Part shown: piece after piece, positions 1-9,585 of the stretch
Numbering within the stretch: the stretch's first letter is position 1
How the letters are laid out: the number at the start of each line of letters is the position of its first letter
Source of the DNA: Candidatus Bathyarchaeia archaeon
GTDB lineage: Archaea > Thermoproteota > Bathyarchaeia > 40CM-2-53-6
Length of the DNA: 64,000 bases
Direction: 5' to 3'
NCBI GenBank assembly: GCA_050013255.1
Contig: JBEKFP010000001.1
Location: forward strand, 928,001 to 992,000
Translations under genes and position numbers: made by a program
The notes under the pieces: model-generated
What the model was told of the DNA's origin: nothing
The model's input: only the letters and a program-made list of their open reading frames with translations
Database searches by the model: none

Positions 1-2
1 AA

Positions 3-356
3 GCTGTACCCGTGCTCGCGCTCTGTAAGGACCAGGGGATGTATGTCGTCGAATCCAGTATCAGCCCATTCGCGAACATCTTTCCATTTGAAGTGGACAA
101 GGGCGCGGCTTTTGTTAAATTGCGGAAGGAAATGGGTGTGACAGGCCCGGTGATGTATCTGGGGGATTCGGAGGCTGATGACCCCGCCTTCCAGCTTGCG
201 GATATTTCAGTAGGAATCAAGCACCGCCGAGTCATGCCACCGTTAAAATGCAAATACAAGTTGGAATTCTTCGAACTCGAAGTCTTTCTCTCGAAACTGA
301 TAGAATCGAATTTCAATTTTCAAGACGGAATGCTGCAGAAAAACATTCAAGGTTAG
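3..356 (+). CDS. HAD-superfamily hydrolase, C-terminal part (5' end outside the window)
   Basis: Frame is open from base 3. DKGAA and YLGDSEADDPAF correspond to HAD motifs III/IV. Confidence 0.75.
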   Translation, partial: AVPVLALCKDQGMYVVESSISPFANIFPFEVDKGAAFVKLRKEMGVTGPVMYLGDSEADDPAFQLADISVGIKHRRVMPPLKCKYKLEFFELEVFLSKLIESNFNFQDGMLQKNIQG

Positions 357-475
357 AACCAACCCCCATGGTCGGGGCGTTTCCAAGGTTTCTACTTGAG
401 GTGCTGGATTTCTACCAAGTGTAATTACAATTAACCGCTATCAAGCAGAGGTAACGCTCAGGAGGTTCAAGGAAT

Positions 476-937
476 ATGAATGGGATTTCCCCTGTAAAGC
501 ACGGGTTCGTTGACCTCGCCGCCGTTCTGTTCGTAATCGGTGGCGTCGTAAGCCTGGTCATGAGTCTTCTGACGCTCCCCATCGCTAGCATCTACCCCTT
601 CACCTTACCATCAAACCTTGGCACAGAATTCATTGTGGTACTCGGCATAACCGTGATCTGTTCCCTCGGAGCGATCCACTGCTACTCGCTGGCGACCAAA
701 CGCATGCTATCCGAAGCAGGGATCAGAGGGTTGATCTTCGGAGCACTACTGCTAATCTTCAGTTTAGGCTTAATTGGTAGCTTCCTGGGATCAAGCACGA
801 CGACCGTACTCAACACTCTGAGCGCTGTCCTGATACTTGTTGCGGGCATCATCTGTTTCACTCTAAGGCACACAGCAATTTCTGCATCTGCTATAGCACG
901 TCAACATGCCATCGCTCAACCAGCATTCCAGGCATAG
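476..937 (+). CDS. Hypothetical 4-TM membrane protein (paralogue of 11767-12219)
   Basis: Four hydrophobic segments. Shares GFxDLAAxLFVIGGVxSL and ICSLxAxHCYSLxTKR with 11767-12219. Confidence 0.75.
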   Translation: MNGISPVKHGFVDLAAVLFVIGGVVSLVMSLLTLPIASIYPFTLPSNLGTEFIVVLGITVICSLGAIHCYSLATKRMLSEAGIRGLIFGALLLIFSLGLIGSFLGSSTTTVLNTLSAVLILVAGIICFTLRHTAISASAIARQHAIAQPAFQA

Positions 938-1141
938 GGCACGAACCCAAACCTATTTTTTCCTTTGCACTTCAGAAGTAAGTGCACGGCTGGAGAACGG
1001 CTGTCATCCTAATGCAACAACGCTTTCGTGTACTGGCCGATTCGTTGGCTCTCGGGTTTCCGCAAAGCAACCGCTACATTGTTTACGAAGTGGTCACCGT
1101 AACGTACAAGGTTAGCAAGGTCTGCTTGAGATCGAATCGTC

Positions 1142-1381
1142 ATGGTCGAAGTAAAGAAACTGGCTGAGCAAATACTCGAATTCCTTCATAAAGAAGAGGA
1201 AAAGCACGGACACCTGAACGTTACCTTGGCTTCATTGTACAAGGCCTTCGAAAATGAAGCCTCTTACGATGTTGTTCAAAGTGCCGTAAGATTTCTGGCT
1301 GATAGAGATTTGATCGCACCCTTCAGCTATAGCTTGACTGCGAAGGGAAGACGGGAACATGGCCTTAGGCAGAAGACTTGA
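1142..1381 (+). CDS. Small winged-helix-like protein
   Basis: ILEFL...VQSAVRFLADRDLI...YSLTAKGR resembles a wHTH recognition helix and wing. Confidence 0.55.
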   Translation: MVEVKKLAEQILEFLHKEEEKHGHLNVTLASLYKAFENEASYDVVQSAVRFLADRDLIAPFSYSLTAKGRREHGLRQKT

Positions 1382-1446
1382 CACGGCAGTCTATGGATAA
1401 TTGGCGTTTTCAGCATATTTCTCGCAGTCCTAGTATCGAGGCAGCA

Positions 1447-2412
1447 TTATTGGTGGCCCATTATAGGGTGGGGTTTGTACCCCGCTTCTAAACGTTTCAT
1501 CTCTTCTGCATCGAGCTTCACATCAATCGACGCTACAGCTTCTTCTATGTGCTCGACCTTTGTTGCTCCGATTATCGGTGAAGTGACGCCTTTATGGAGT
1601 AGCCACGAGAGAGCAATCTGAGCAGGCGTCACACCCTTTTGCTTCGCCAATGATTCAACCGTCTCCACTACATCAAAGTCTTCAGGTCTGAAGTATCGGC
1701 CTGCTAGGTGCTCGTCGCTCTCGTAGCGAGTGCTCTTCGGTTTTTCACCCCGTTTGTATCTTCCCGTCAGAAAGCCCCGGGCAAGCGGACTCCAAGGAAT
1801 CAAGGCAGTTCCCTCCTCCTTGCAGAGCGGAATCATCTCCCGCTCTTCCTCACGGTAAAGCAGGCTGTAGTGGTTTTGCATGCTGACGAATCTTTCCAGG
1901 CCTAGCCGATCGCTTGTTTGTAACGCTTTGAGAAATTGCCAGGCGAACATGCTCGAGGCACCAATGTAATGCGTAAACCCTCGGTGAACGACTTCGTCAA
2001 GTGCTCGCATTGTTTCTTGGATAGGTGTATTGTAGTCCCATCGATGGATTTGGTATAGGTCAACGTGGTCCGTCTGCAAACGTTTTAAGGACGCTTTGAT
2101 TTGATTCATGATATGCCGGCGGGAAAGGCCTGAGTCGTTCGGGCCATCACCTGTAGGAAAGTAGACTTTCGTCGCGATGATGACGTTTTCTCGGTTCCCT
2201 TTCAAGCATTCACCTGTAATTTCCTCGGATCTGCCTGAGGAGTAAGCGTTCGCGGTATCGAAGAAGTTTATTCCAAGGTCCACTGCTTTTTTGAGTAGTT
2301 TCTGGGCTTGGTTGACCTCAAGTTTCCAAGCTGCGTCATTGCCAAATGACATGCAACCCAAGCATATCCGCGACACCTTGACGCCTGCTTTTCCAAGATT
2401 CACATATTCCAT
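1447..2412 (-). CDS. Aldo/keto reductase (YajO/aryl-alcohol dehydrogenase-like)
   Basis: SRICLGCM, GINFFDTANAY, IATKV, DLYQIHRWD and PWSPLARG motifs. Confidence 0.95.
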   Translation of the reverse strand: MEYVNLGKAGVKVSRICLGCMSFGNDAAWKLEVNQAQKLLKKAVDLGINFFDTANAYSSGRSEEITGECLKGNRENVIIATKVYFPTGDGPNDSGLSRRHIMNQIKASLKRLQTDHVDLYQIHRWDYNTPIQETMRALDEVVHRGFTHYIGASSMFAWQFLKALQTSDRLGLERFVSMQNHYSLLYREEEREMIPLCKEEGTALIPWSPLARGFLTGRYKRGEKPKSTRYESDEHLAGRYFRPEDFDVVETVESLAKQKGVTPAQIALSWLLHKGVTSPIIGATKVEHIEEAVASIDVKLDAEEMKRLEAGYKPHPIMGHQ

Positions 2413-2498
2413 GAGGGGCGCCTGCTACGTTCAGCCTTCCGTCCTTCCTTCGCCACGCGGCGAATTAGAAGATGGTTGAAATCTGGGGTATTATGCGG

Positions 2499-2816
2499 CT
2501 AGATTTGTACTTTCAGTGTTATCGTGACGTGGTCCGGGTACCTCGGACGCCCCATTTCCTGGTATTCATCTTCGGTTAGTGTGACAATGAGGCGAGGTGT
2601 GCCGAGTTGTTGGCCGACGCCAGGAAGCTGTGTTAGAACTCTTTGGACGGCTATTGTTACGCCTGCCATTTCCCTATCCATATCAAGCGGCATGGTTACG
2701 GGGCCCTTGAGCGGGTCGCCTAACGTTATCTGAACCATCGTCCTTCCTTGAGAGGACTGAATGGGCGTAACCACAAGTACGGTTCCCTCGATAGTAACCT
2801 CTCCCATACTGATCAC
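2499..2816 (-). CDS. Arcadin-1-like protein
   Basis: C-terminal PRLIVTLTEDEYQEMGRPRYPDHVTITL resembles the arcadin-1 signature as I recall it (PRLxlxLTEeEwexlg.P..gd.v.l). Confidence 0.55.
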   Translation of the reverse strand: MISMGEVTIEGTVLVVTPIQSSQGRTMVQITLGDPLKGPVTMPLDMDREMAGVTIAVQRVLTQLPGVGQQLGTPRLIVTLTEDEYQEMGRPRYPDHVTITLKVQI

Positions 2817-2896
2817 GATTCAACCGCGCTAAACCGGTTGCCTGCTATTCTAAGGTTGTGGGAATCGTGGTACTTTCATTCAAATGCCGATAGAAT

Positions 2897-3163
2897 TCAT
2901 GCTGACGGCTTTACTCTGTAAACGATGTCGCTCTCTCTAACGTGGCCGGATACTTTCATCCCCACGCTTTGTCCGGCTTGGGCGTTAACAATCTGTTTGT
3001 GTTCAATTTCCATCGAGTCTACTAGCTGTTCAATGTTGGTAGTGCTACCTCGAATAACGATCTTATCGCCTCTGTTGAGTGGGGCCGTTAACTCAACTAC
3101 GGCTACGCTTGCTTTCGAGTAGAAGTGCGTGATTCTGCCAACTTTCTCATATGGCGCTTCCAT
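2897..3163 (-). CDS. Stand-alone EF-Tu domain II-like / U32 C-terminal beta-barrel protein
   Basis: VGRITHFYSKASVAVVEL...GDKI...SMEIEH...GQSVGMKV...D.VYRV. Confidence 0.8.
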   Translation of the reverse strand: MEAPYEKVGRITHFYSKASVAVVELTAPLNRGDKIVIRGSTTNIEQLVDSMEIEHKQIVNAQAGQSVGMKVSGHVRESDIVYRVKPSA

Positions 3164-3311
3164 ATGGAATCAGTTTAAGGACCGCGGCTTTGGTTGAATT
3201 GTTTTGCGGTCTTTTTCATATTTTGGATAATGGCGGTAAGGCGAGGACACGCGACCGTGCGTTTGCACGTGGAGCGTTGTCGGCTCGCCCACCGCTCTGA
3301 CTTCTACGGGC

Positions 3312-5426
3312 ATGGAGCGTGTCATATTAATGTTCCGTAAATTGAACATTAGTGTACCTTGTAATTTGCGGCCCAACCTACCAATGAGAAGACTTAGCTT
3401 TCGCTTCTCACGAACTAGGGTAGAAATTCATAGCGGGGCGAACGCATTCCAGTCCTCAATCCAACCAATTGTGGAGGACATTCTCTCCAAACGGCCTGAC
3501 CTATCACAAGACCAAGTTCTAGCACTCATAGACGAGAAAAAGAAGGAAGGCCGCGGCTTACTCTCGGACGAAGGCGCGGCCAGGCTTGTGGCTGAAGAGC
3601 TTCTAGTACAAACCCGCGGAACCGAACTAGGGAGAATGCAAGTAAAGGGCCTCGTCAGCGGCCTTAACGACGTAAGCATCTCAGGCCGCGTGCTCTTGGC
3701 GTACCCTCCCCAACAATTCCAGCGTCGCGACGGAACGCCAGGCCGAGTCATGCGGCTAGTAATAGTAGATAAAAGTGGCCGTGTTCGTTGCGCTCTTTGG
3801 GACAAGCATGTAGATGTGCTCTCGAGAGCTGGGAGCCTGCAGGGTAAGGTCCTACGGATCGGTCACGCTTACACTAGGCAAGGGCTGGCAGGGGACACTG
3901 AGGTCCACGCAGGGGATCGAGCAAGTATAGAGATCGACCCACAAGACATGCCGACCACTGACTTTCCCGAATTCCGGGAACTGTTCACGCCCCTTGGCAA
4001 ATTAGCGGTTGATGCGTACCAACTGAATGTCGTCGGCGTAATACAGGCCGAACCGAGGCATTACACCTTTCAGAAAGAGGACCGGCCTGGCAGCGTTCTT
4101 AGAACCGTTATCGCAGACGAATCTGGAAGTATGCCCCTAGTCGCATGGAACGAGCGAGCTGAAGAGTTGCGGGAAGTTAAGAAAGGCGAGATTCTGCAGG
4201 TTCTCAACGCAAGAACGCGGTTGGACAACAATGCCCGTCCTGAACTGCACGTTGAAAGCCGAAGCCAAATAGAGATTCTCCAAACACCTCCCGACTACTT
4301 GAAGTTGCCCGTAGCCAAGACCTACAAGCTAGCAGACCTTACTGGCCAGCTTGCTTCCGTGGACCTGTCAGTTTCTGTGCTAGTCAAAGGCCCGATTCAG
4401 GAAATTAAAAGGGTAACGGGGGAAACTGCAAAAGTTGCAAGGCTTATCGTTGCTGATGAAAGCGGAATCGTTTCCCTGTCTCTCTGGGACGACAAAGCGG
4501 AGCTCGTTAACAAACTCGTAGAGGGTGAAAGCGTCGACGTCCGCGGAGTCTCCGTTCGCGAAAGATTAGGAGAGATAAGCCTCAGTGTTGGAAGGTCGGG
4601 TGAATTACAAAAATCAACAAGAAGGATTGAAGCCAAACAGGTAACGAAGTTAGATTCTATCAAGAACGCGAAGGGCCTTTTGATTGTGGAAGGCTCTATC
4701 TCCGACCAGCCTTCGGCGAGGCAGGTCGTAACTGACAAGGGGGAAACAGTCAACCTGGCATCCTTCACACTTCGCGACGACAGCGGCTCGGCGAAGGCAA
4801 CTTTCTGGCGAGATCAAGTTGCCACGGTCACACCTTTGAGGCCGGGAACGCGCGTAAGGATCACTGGACTGAGGGTAAGGGCAGGACTTGGAGGGGAACT
4901 GGAGCTAAATTCGGTACCGGCGACCAAAATCCAGACGCTTGAGCAACCGGTGACTGAAAGACCAGCTTGGGAGGATATTCGACATGTGATAGCACTCGAA
5001 CCGGGCTTGACCACTTGGGTCAAGGGCATAATCCTCGAAATCCTCGGCGACCCCAAGCTTCTAGCCCTCTGCGAAACATGTGACTCGCCGCTAACCGTCT
5101 TAGCGAGGAAGTTCAATTGCTCAAACTGCAAATCAGCGAAGGCAGGTAAGGTCGGGTTCACGGGCCGTTTCAAGATCGATGACGGAACCGGTGTAGGAGA
5201 GGTAACAATCTCTGGGCTCGAATCCACAAAGTTCACGTCAAGAAAGCCCGCGGATGCTTTGGAACAAATGCTTAAGGAAGGTGTTCCGCAACTCGTGCTG
5301 GAAAAGGGAGAACTCGGCGCCATGATTGGAAAGGAGATTGAAGTATACGGAACAGCCGAGCCAACCGGAACCACAGCCAAATTCGAAGTTAAGGCCAAGA
5401 AGGTCGTAGTGGTGGGTAAGCTCTAG
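3312..5426 (+). CDS. rpa: Replication protein A (multiple OB folds plus C-terminal Zn finger); true start probably downstream of 3312
   Basis: N-terminal GLLSDEGAARLVAEEL, four repeats of the D-x-SG...W OB motif, a CETC...CSNC finger and IDDGTG. Confidence 0.85.
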   Translation: MERVILMFRKLNISVPCNLRPNLPMRRLSFRFSRTRVEIHSGANAFQSSIQPIVEDILSKRPDLSQDQVLALIDEKKKEGRGLLSDEGAARLVAEELLVQTRGTELGRMQVKGLVSGLNDVSISGRVLLAYPPQQFQRRDGTPGRVMRLVIVDKSGRVRCALWDKHVDVLSRAGSLQGKVLRIGHAYTRQGLAGDTEVHAGDRASIEIDPQDMPTTDFPEFRELFTPLGKLAVDAYQLNVVGVIQAEPRHYTFQKEDRPGSVLRTVIADESGSMPLVAWNERAEELREVKKGEILQVLNARTRLDNNARPELHVESRSQIEILQTPPDYLKLPVAKTYKLADLTGQLASVDLSVSVLVKGPIQEIKRVTGETAKVARLIVADESGIVSLSLWDDKAELVNKLVEGESVDVRGVSVRERLGEISLSVGRSGELQKSTRRIEAKQVTKLDSIKNAKGLLIVEGSISDQPSARQVVTDKGETVNLASFTLRDDSGSAKATFWRDQVATVTPLRPGTRVRITGLRVRAGLGGELELNSVPATKIQTLEQPVTERPAWEDIRHVIALEPGLTTWVKGIILEILGDPKLLALCETCDSPLTVLARKFNCSNCKSAKAGKVGFTGRFKIDDGTGVGEVTISGLESTKFTSRKPADALEQMLKEGVPQLVLEKGELGAMIGKEIEVYGTAEPTGTTAKFEVKAKKVVVVGKL
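3328..3351. promoter_or_regulatory. Perfect 8-bp inverted repeat TAATGTTC-N8-GAACATTA, candidate operator upstream of rpa
   Basis: Read directly from the sequence, between divergently oriented genes. Confidence 0.35.
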
Positions 5427-5573
5427 AAATTCGCCATTCCAAAAATCTAATATCTCCTTTCAATGTGAATTAGCCCTTGAGAATCGTGATACTAAGGGAG
5501 TCCATGCAGCCCCTATGATGCTGCTTTTCTTATTCTGAAAAGCCGACCTCAACATGCTTTGTAGGTAGATCTT

Positions 5574-6026
5574 TTGTCACTCCTCCGCAACGTTATCGGG
5601 CCACATCCCAACTTATGGGATTTCATCAACACCATAAAGAATCCAACCGTCAAACAAACAATAAAGAAACGTATTCAAGAGTACCAGGCAAAACCCGACG
5701 TGATCGACAAGTTCTCAAGCATAACCGACCGTTACTTTTTCGTAGTCTTCGCAACTGAATGGAACGCCGAATGCCGCGCCGAGCTCCCGAATCTCGCGAA
5801 AGTTTTCATCGCCGCAAACAACGCTGCCCTGAACATCAAAGTCATTGACTTCGACGAGAACCGTGACATAGCCGACGAAATGAACGTGCTCAGAATCCCA
5901 ACCATAATAATCCACAACCGCGCCTGGCGAGAGATAGGTAGGTTCGTGGAGAAACCCCAACATGGCGGAACGCTTGAGGAAGAACTCTGGGGAATTATCG
6001 AGAAAAACATTCAGAAGACACAATGA
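5574..6026 (+). CDS. Thioredoxin-fold protein with a WNAEC (NxxC) site
   Basis: VVFATEWNAEC, the cis-Pro loop RIPTIII, and EIGRFVEKP. Confidence 0.75.
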   Translation: MSLLRNVIGPHPNLWDFINTIKNPTVKQTIKKRIQEYQAKPDVIDKFSSITDRYFFVVFATEWNAECRAELPNLAKVFIAANNAALNIKVIDFDENRDIADEMNVLRIPTIIIHNRAWREIGRFVEKPQHGGTLEEELWGIIEKNIQKTQ

Positions 6027-6068
6027 AAACCCATACCGTATCCTACCTAAGCAACTAGTGGTAATGTA

Positions 6069-6560
6069 ATGGACACTTTCACCTGCATCAGAACTCGCCG
6101 CGAAATCCGAGAATACTTAGACAAGCCCATACCAGACGAGAGCTTGCAGCGAATCCTCGAAGCAGGCCGCCTCGCACCAAGCTCAAAGAATTCACAACCA
6201 TGGCATTTCATCGCCATCAGGAACAAGGACACTCTCAGGAAGATTTCCGAGCTAACACCTACGGGGGCACACATTGCGAAAGCCCCACTAGCAATTGTGA
6301 TATTGATGGACTCCGCGAAGCTACCGGAGATTGACGGCACACGCGCAATTCAGAACATGGTTCTCGCAGCTTGGGAACTTGGAATCGGGTCTTGCTGGGT
6401 CACTAATTTCTATGATGACGGAGTTAAGGATCTCCTGAGTGCACCCCAGAGAATGAAATTGGTGACCGTAATGCCGTTCGGTTATCCAGCGGAGCCGAAA
6501 ACCAACCGGAAGAAGAACCGTAGGCCCATGCAGGAAATCGTACATTACGAGAAATTCTAA
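6069..6560 (+). CDS. Nitroreductase family protein
   Basis: RTRREIR, LAPSSKNSQPWHF and GIGSCW motifs. Confidence 0.92.
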   Translation: MDTFTCIRTRREIREYLDKPIPDESLQRILEAGRLAPSSKNSQPWHFIAIRNKDTLRKISELTPTGAHIAKAPLAIVILMDSAKLPEIDGTRAIQNMVLAAWELGIGSCWVTNFYDDGVKDLLSAPQRMKLVTVMPFGYPAEPKTNRKKNRRPMQEIVHYEKF

Positions 6561-6594
6561 GCTCACCGCTGATTACATAGTTGGTTTCATGGTT

Positions 6595-7098
6595 TCAATA
6601 TGTTGAAACTTTGATGACGCCGGGAATTTTCAACATCTTTTGCAGTACTGTCCCGTTAAGTTCCTTTTCGACGACGAGCGTGAGTTTCGGTTCAGGCGTT
6701 AGGTCAGGGTCATCCGCAACGGCCTGCCTTATCGCGATATTCTCCTGCGCGATCAATGACGCTGCTTGAGCCACGATCCCAACTGTATGTGGGTCGGCGT
6801 AGATTTCGATGACGCTGTAGCCGAGAAACTTGGCAACATCCGCTAGGAACGGGCCTGCAGGACGGAGTTTCTGGAAGACAGAGTTGAGAATGGGGTCTGA
6901 GGAAATCAGTTGAGCCGTGTCCCTTACGGTTCTTCGGTCGACGTGCAAGTAACGGGCGATCTTGACGTCGGACAATTCGACACCGCCACAATAGATCTTG
7001 TTTTCCTCTCTGATGCTAAGGCCTAACTCTACGAACGCTCTCGCGACCTTCTGCCGGCCTGGATATTCTTTGAGCCGGTCTGAGATTTGTCTCCACAT
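6595..7098 (-). CDS. ACT-domain regulator of amino acid metabolism (COG2150-like)
   Basis: N-terminal HTH (IARYLHVDRRTV) plus an ACT domain (GIVAQAASLIAQENIAIRQAVADDP). Confidence 0.85.
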   Translation of the reverse strand: MWRQISDRLKEYPGRQKVARAFVELGLSIREENKIYCGGVELSDVKIARYLHVDRRTVRDTAQLISSDPILNSVFQKLRPAGPFLADVAKFLGYSVIEIYADPHTVGIVAQAASLIAQENIAIRQAVADDPDLTPEPKLTLVVEKELNGTVLQKMLKIPGVIKVSTY

Positions 7099-7196
7099 GT
7101 CTGAGCATCAACCCATAATGTACAGAAGTGTGCAATAAAGTCTTAAATTCTACTATAACGTTTCCAGCTGACATCATTGCACAGGAAACACACTCC

Positions 7197-8558
7197 ATGC
7201 CGAAAGCTATAGTGGACAAAGAGCATGCCGTATACTTGCCCCAGGATGAAATGCCAACTCACTGGTATAACATTCTAGCCGACCTGCCTGAACCGTTGCC
7301 TCCTCCGCTTGACCCCCGCACCCTCAAACCAATCTCCCCCGAGCCGCTGTTGAGGCTCTTCGCGAAGGAGTTGGTCATGCAAGAGGTTTCAGCTGAGAGG
7401 TTTATCAAAATCCCGGACGAAGTATACGACGCCTACCTTCGCCTCCCTCGCCCCACACCTTTGCTCAGAGCGAGACGACTTGAAAAGTACCTGAATACTC
7501 CTGCTCAAATTTACTACAAATGCGAATACGTAAACCCGACCGGCAGCCACAAACCCAACAGCGCGATCGCGCAAGCCTACTACAACATGGCCCAAGGCAC
7601 TCAACGGGTCGTAACGGAAACGGGAGCTGGGCAATGGGGTTCGGCACTGGCGATGGCGGCCGCGATTTTCGGAATGAAGTGCAGCGTCTACATGGTTCGC
7701 GCGAGCTACGACCAGAAACCTGGCCGGAGGATCATGATGGAAGCCTTCGGCGCCGATGTCACAGCCTCTCCCAGCAAGAAGACCAAGTTCGGCCAAAGCC
7801 TCCTCGAATCTGACCCGAACAACACTGGGTCACTTGGTATCGCCATAAGTGAGGCGCTTGAAGACTGTGTCACCCATGATGATACCAAATACTGCCTAGG
7901 CTCTGTACTGAACCACGTCCTCCTACACCAAACGATCATTGGCGAAGAATCAAAGAAGCAATTCGAAATGATTGACGTGCAACCAGACATAATTTGCGGC
8001 TGTATCGGTGGAGGTTCGAATTTCGCAGGCTTCGCCTACCCATTCATAGCGGATAAACTGAAAGGAAAATCAACTGCTGAATTCGTGGCCTGCGAACCCA
8101 AGGCCGTACCCTCCACAACCCGGGGGACTTACACTTACGATTTCGGTGACACGGCAGAAATGACTCCGTTGCTAAAGATGTACACGATCGGCCACAAGTA
8201 TAAGCCCCCACCAATCCACGCGGGCGGACTTCGATACCACGGCAAAGCACCATCCCTCAGCCTCCTCATCAACAAGGGTTACATTACGTCAGTCGCCTAC
8301 TCACAAAATGAGGTCTTCGAAGCAGCACGCATCCTTGCAAAGACCGAAGGCATGATAACCGCACCGGAGACCGCGCACAATGTCAAATACGCCATCGACG
8401 AGGCCATGCGTTGCAAGAAAACTGGTGAGAAGAAGATTATCACTTTCAACAACTGCGGCCACGGCCTACTTGACCTGCAAGCGTATGATGCGTACTTTAA
8501 CGGCAAGCTAGTTGACTTTGAGCCAACGAGCATCGAGGTTCCAAAGTTAGTCCAATAA
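7197..8558 (+). CDS. trpB2: Tryptophan synthase beta chain, TrpB2 type (PLP enzyme)
   Basis: WYNILADLP, GSHKPNSA (PLP lysine), TETGAGQWG, GGGSNFAG and HAGGLRYHG. No trpA adjacent. Confidence 0.95.
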   Translation: MPKAIVDKEHAVYLPQDEMPTHWYNILADLPEPLPPPLDPRTLKPISPEPLLRLFAKELVMQEVSAERFIKIPDEVYDAYLRLPRPTPLLRARRLEKYLNTPAQIYYKCEYVNPTGSHKPNSAIAQAYYNMAQGTQRVVTETGAGQWGSALAMAAAIFGMKCSVYMVRASYDQKPGRRIMMEAFGADVTASPSKKTKFGQSLLESDPNNTGSLGIAISEALEDCVTHDDTKYCLGSVLNHVLLHQTIIGEESKKQFEMIDVQPDIICGCIGGGSNFAGFAYPFIADKLKGKSTAEFVACEPKAVPSTTRGTYTYDFGDTAEMTPLLKMYTIGHKYKPPPIHAGGLRYHGKAPSLSLLINKGYITSVAYSQNEVFEAARILAKTEGMITAPETAHNVKYAIDEAMRCKKTGEKKIITFNNCGHGLLDLQAYDAYFNGKLVDFEPTSIEVPKLVQ

Positions 8559-8667
8559 TCCCGCACACCCTTTCCACGCTTCCCTCGCGGAGCTCCCGAA
8601 AACCTTTAGATGCCATCAAACTACAATGACTCGAGATTTTCCACCGCAACTTTGAAGGCCTCAAAAT

Positions 8668-9573
8668 ATGCTAGGCGACATCGATACCCTACTCGCCATA
8701 GGAATCGTTGCTGCGGTCTTCCTGAACGCGTTCACCAGCCTCTACGTTGTCCGGCGACTTCAACCCGGCCTAGCCCTCTCTAGGAGCGAAGAAGAGACGG
8801 GGGAAGATGAAGATGAAGAAAGTTCTGAACCAGGGATTCCCACAAAGGAGGAGATCCTCGCACGTAGGACGCAGTTGATTCGCGAACTGGAACAAGAGCG
8901 CGGTAGCAGGGTTCTAACCCTAATTCACCGAAAGGAACCCTGGAGCGCGAGCGATGACGACCCGGAAATAGTGCTTGAAGATTCAGAGGTCATCCTTCAG
9001 CAAGTTAGGGAAACACCGCGGGACAAACCAATCGATTTCATCATCCATACAGAGGGCGGGCTCGCCTTCGCCGCCGACCTGATAGCGATGGCCCTAAAGT
9101 ACCACCCCGCGAAGGTTACGGTAATGGTCCCCTTCTACGCCATGTCGGACGGCACGTACATCGTGCTGGCAGCCGACGAGATCATGATGGAGAAATGCAG
9201 CATTCTAGCCCCCTGCGAACCTATCGTAGATGATATGCAGGCCAATTTAGTTATGGGAATTCTGAAACGCAAACCTATTGAAACTATATCGGATGGAACA
9301 ATCTTGCTCGCGGAAGCCGCACGCATGGATACAGATAACGCGAGGCAATTCGTTAAGTGGCTTTTAGCTGATAAGATGGATGAGGATCAGTCAACTCAAG
9401 TGGCGGGCTTTCTCACAGGCGGATTCATGGCGAGTAGCACACCAATTACGCTAGATGTCGTCCGTGCAATAGGCCTCAACGTAGTTGAAGGCGTCCCCGA
9501 AAAGGTACTGCAACTCTTCGAAACCATCCAGTTCGGCGGCGGCAAAGTAAACCTCGGCAAACAATACCGTTGA
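8668..9573 (+). CDS. Membrane-anchored SDH-family (ClpP-fold) protease homologue with a degenerate triad
   Basis: N-terminal TM and acidic linker. IIHTEGG and PFYAMSDG are present, but Asp->Glu (PCEP) and His->Ser (MASSTPI). Confidence 0.85.
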   Translation: MLGDIDTLLAIGIVAAVFLNAFTSLYVVRRLQPGLALSRSEEETGEDEDEESSEPGIPTKEEILARRTQLIRELEQERGSRVLTLIHRKEPWSASDDDPEIVLEDSEVILQQVRETPRDKPIDFIIHTEGGLAFAADLIAMALKYHPAKVTVMVPFYAMSDGTYIVLAADEIMMEKCSILAPCEPIVDDMQANLVMGILKRKPIETISDGTILLAEAARMDTDNARQFVKWLLADKMDEDQSTQVAGFLTGGFMASSTPITLDVVRAIGLNVVEGVPEKVLQLFETIQFGGGKVNLGKQYR

Positions 9574-9585
9574 AGTGAAATTTGG

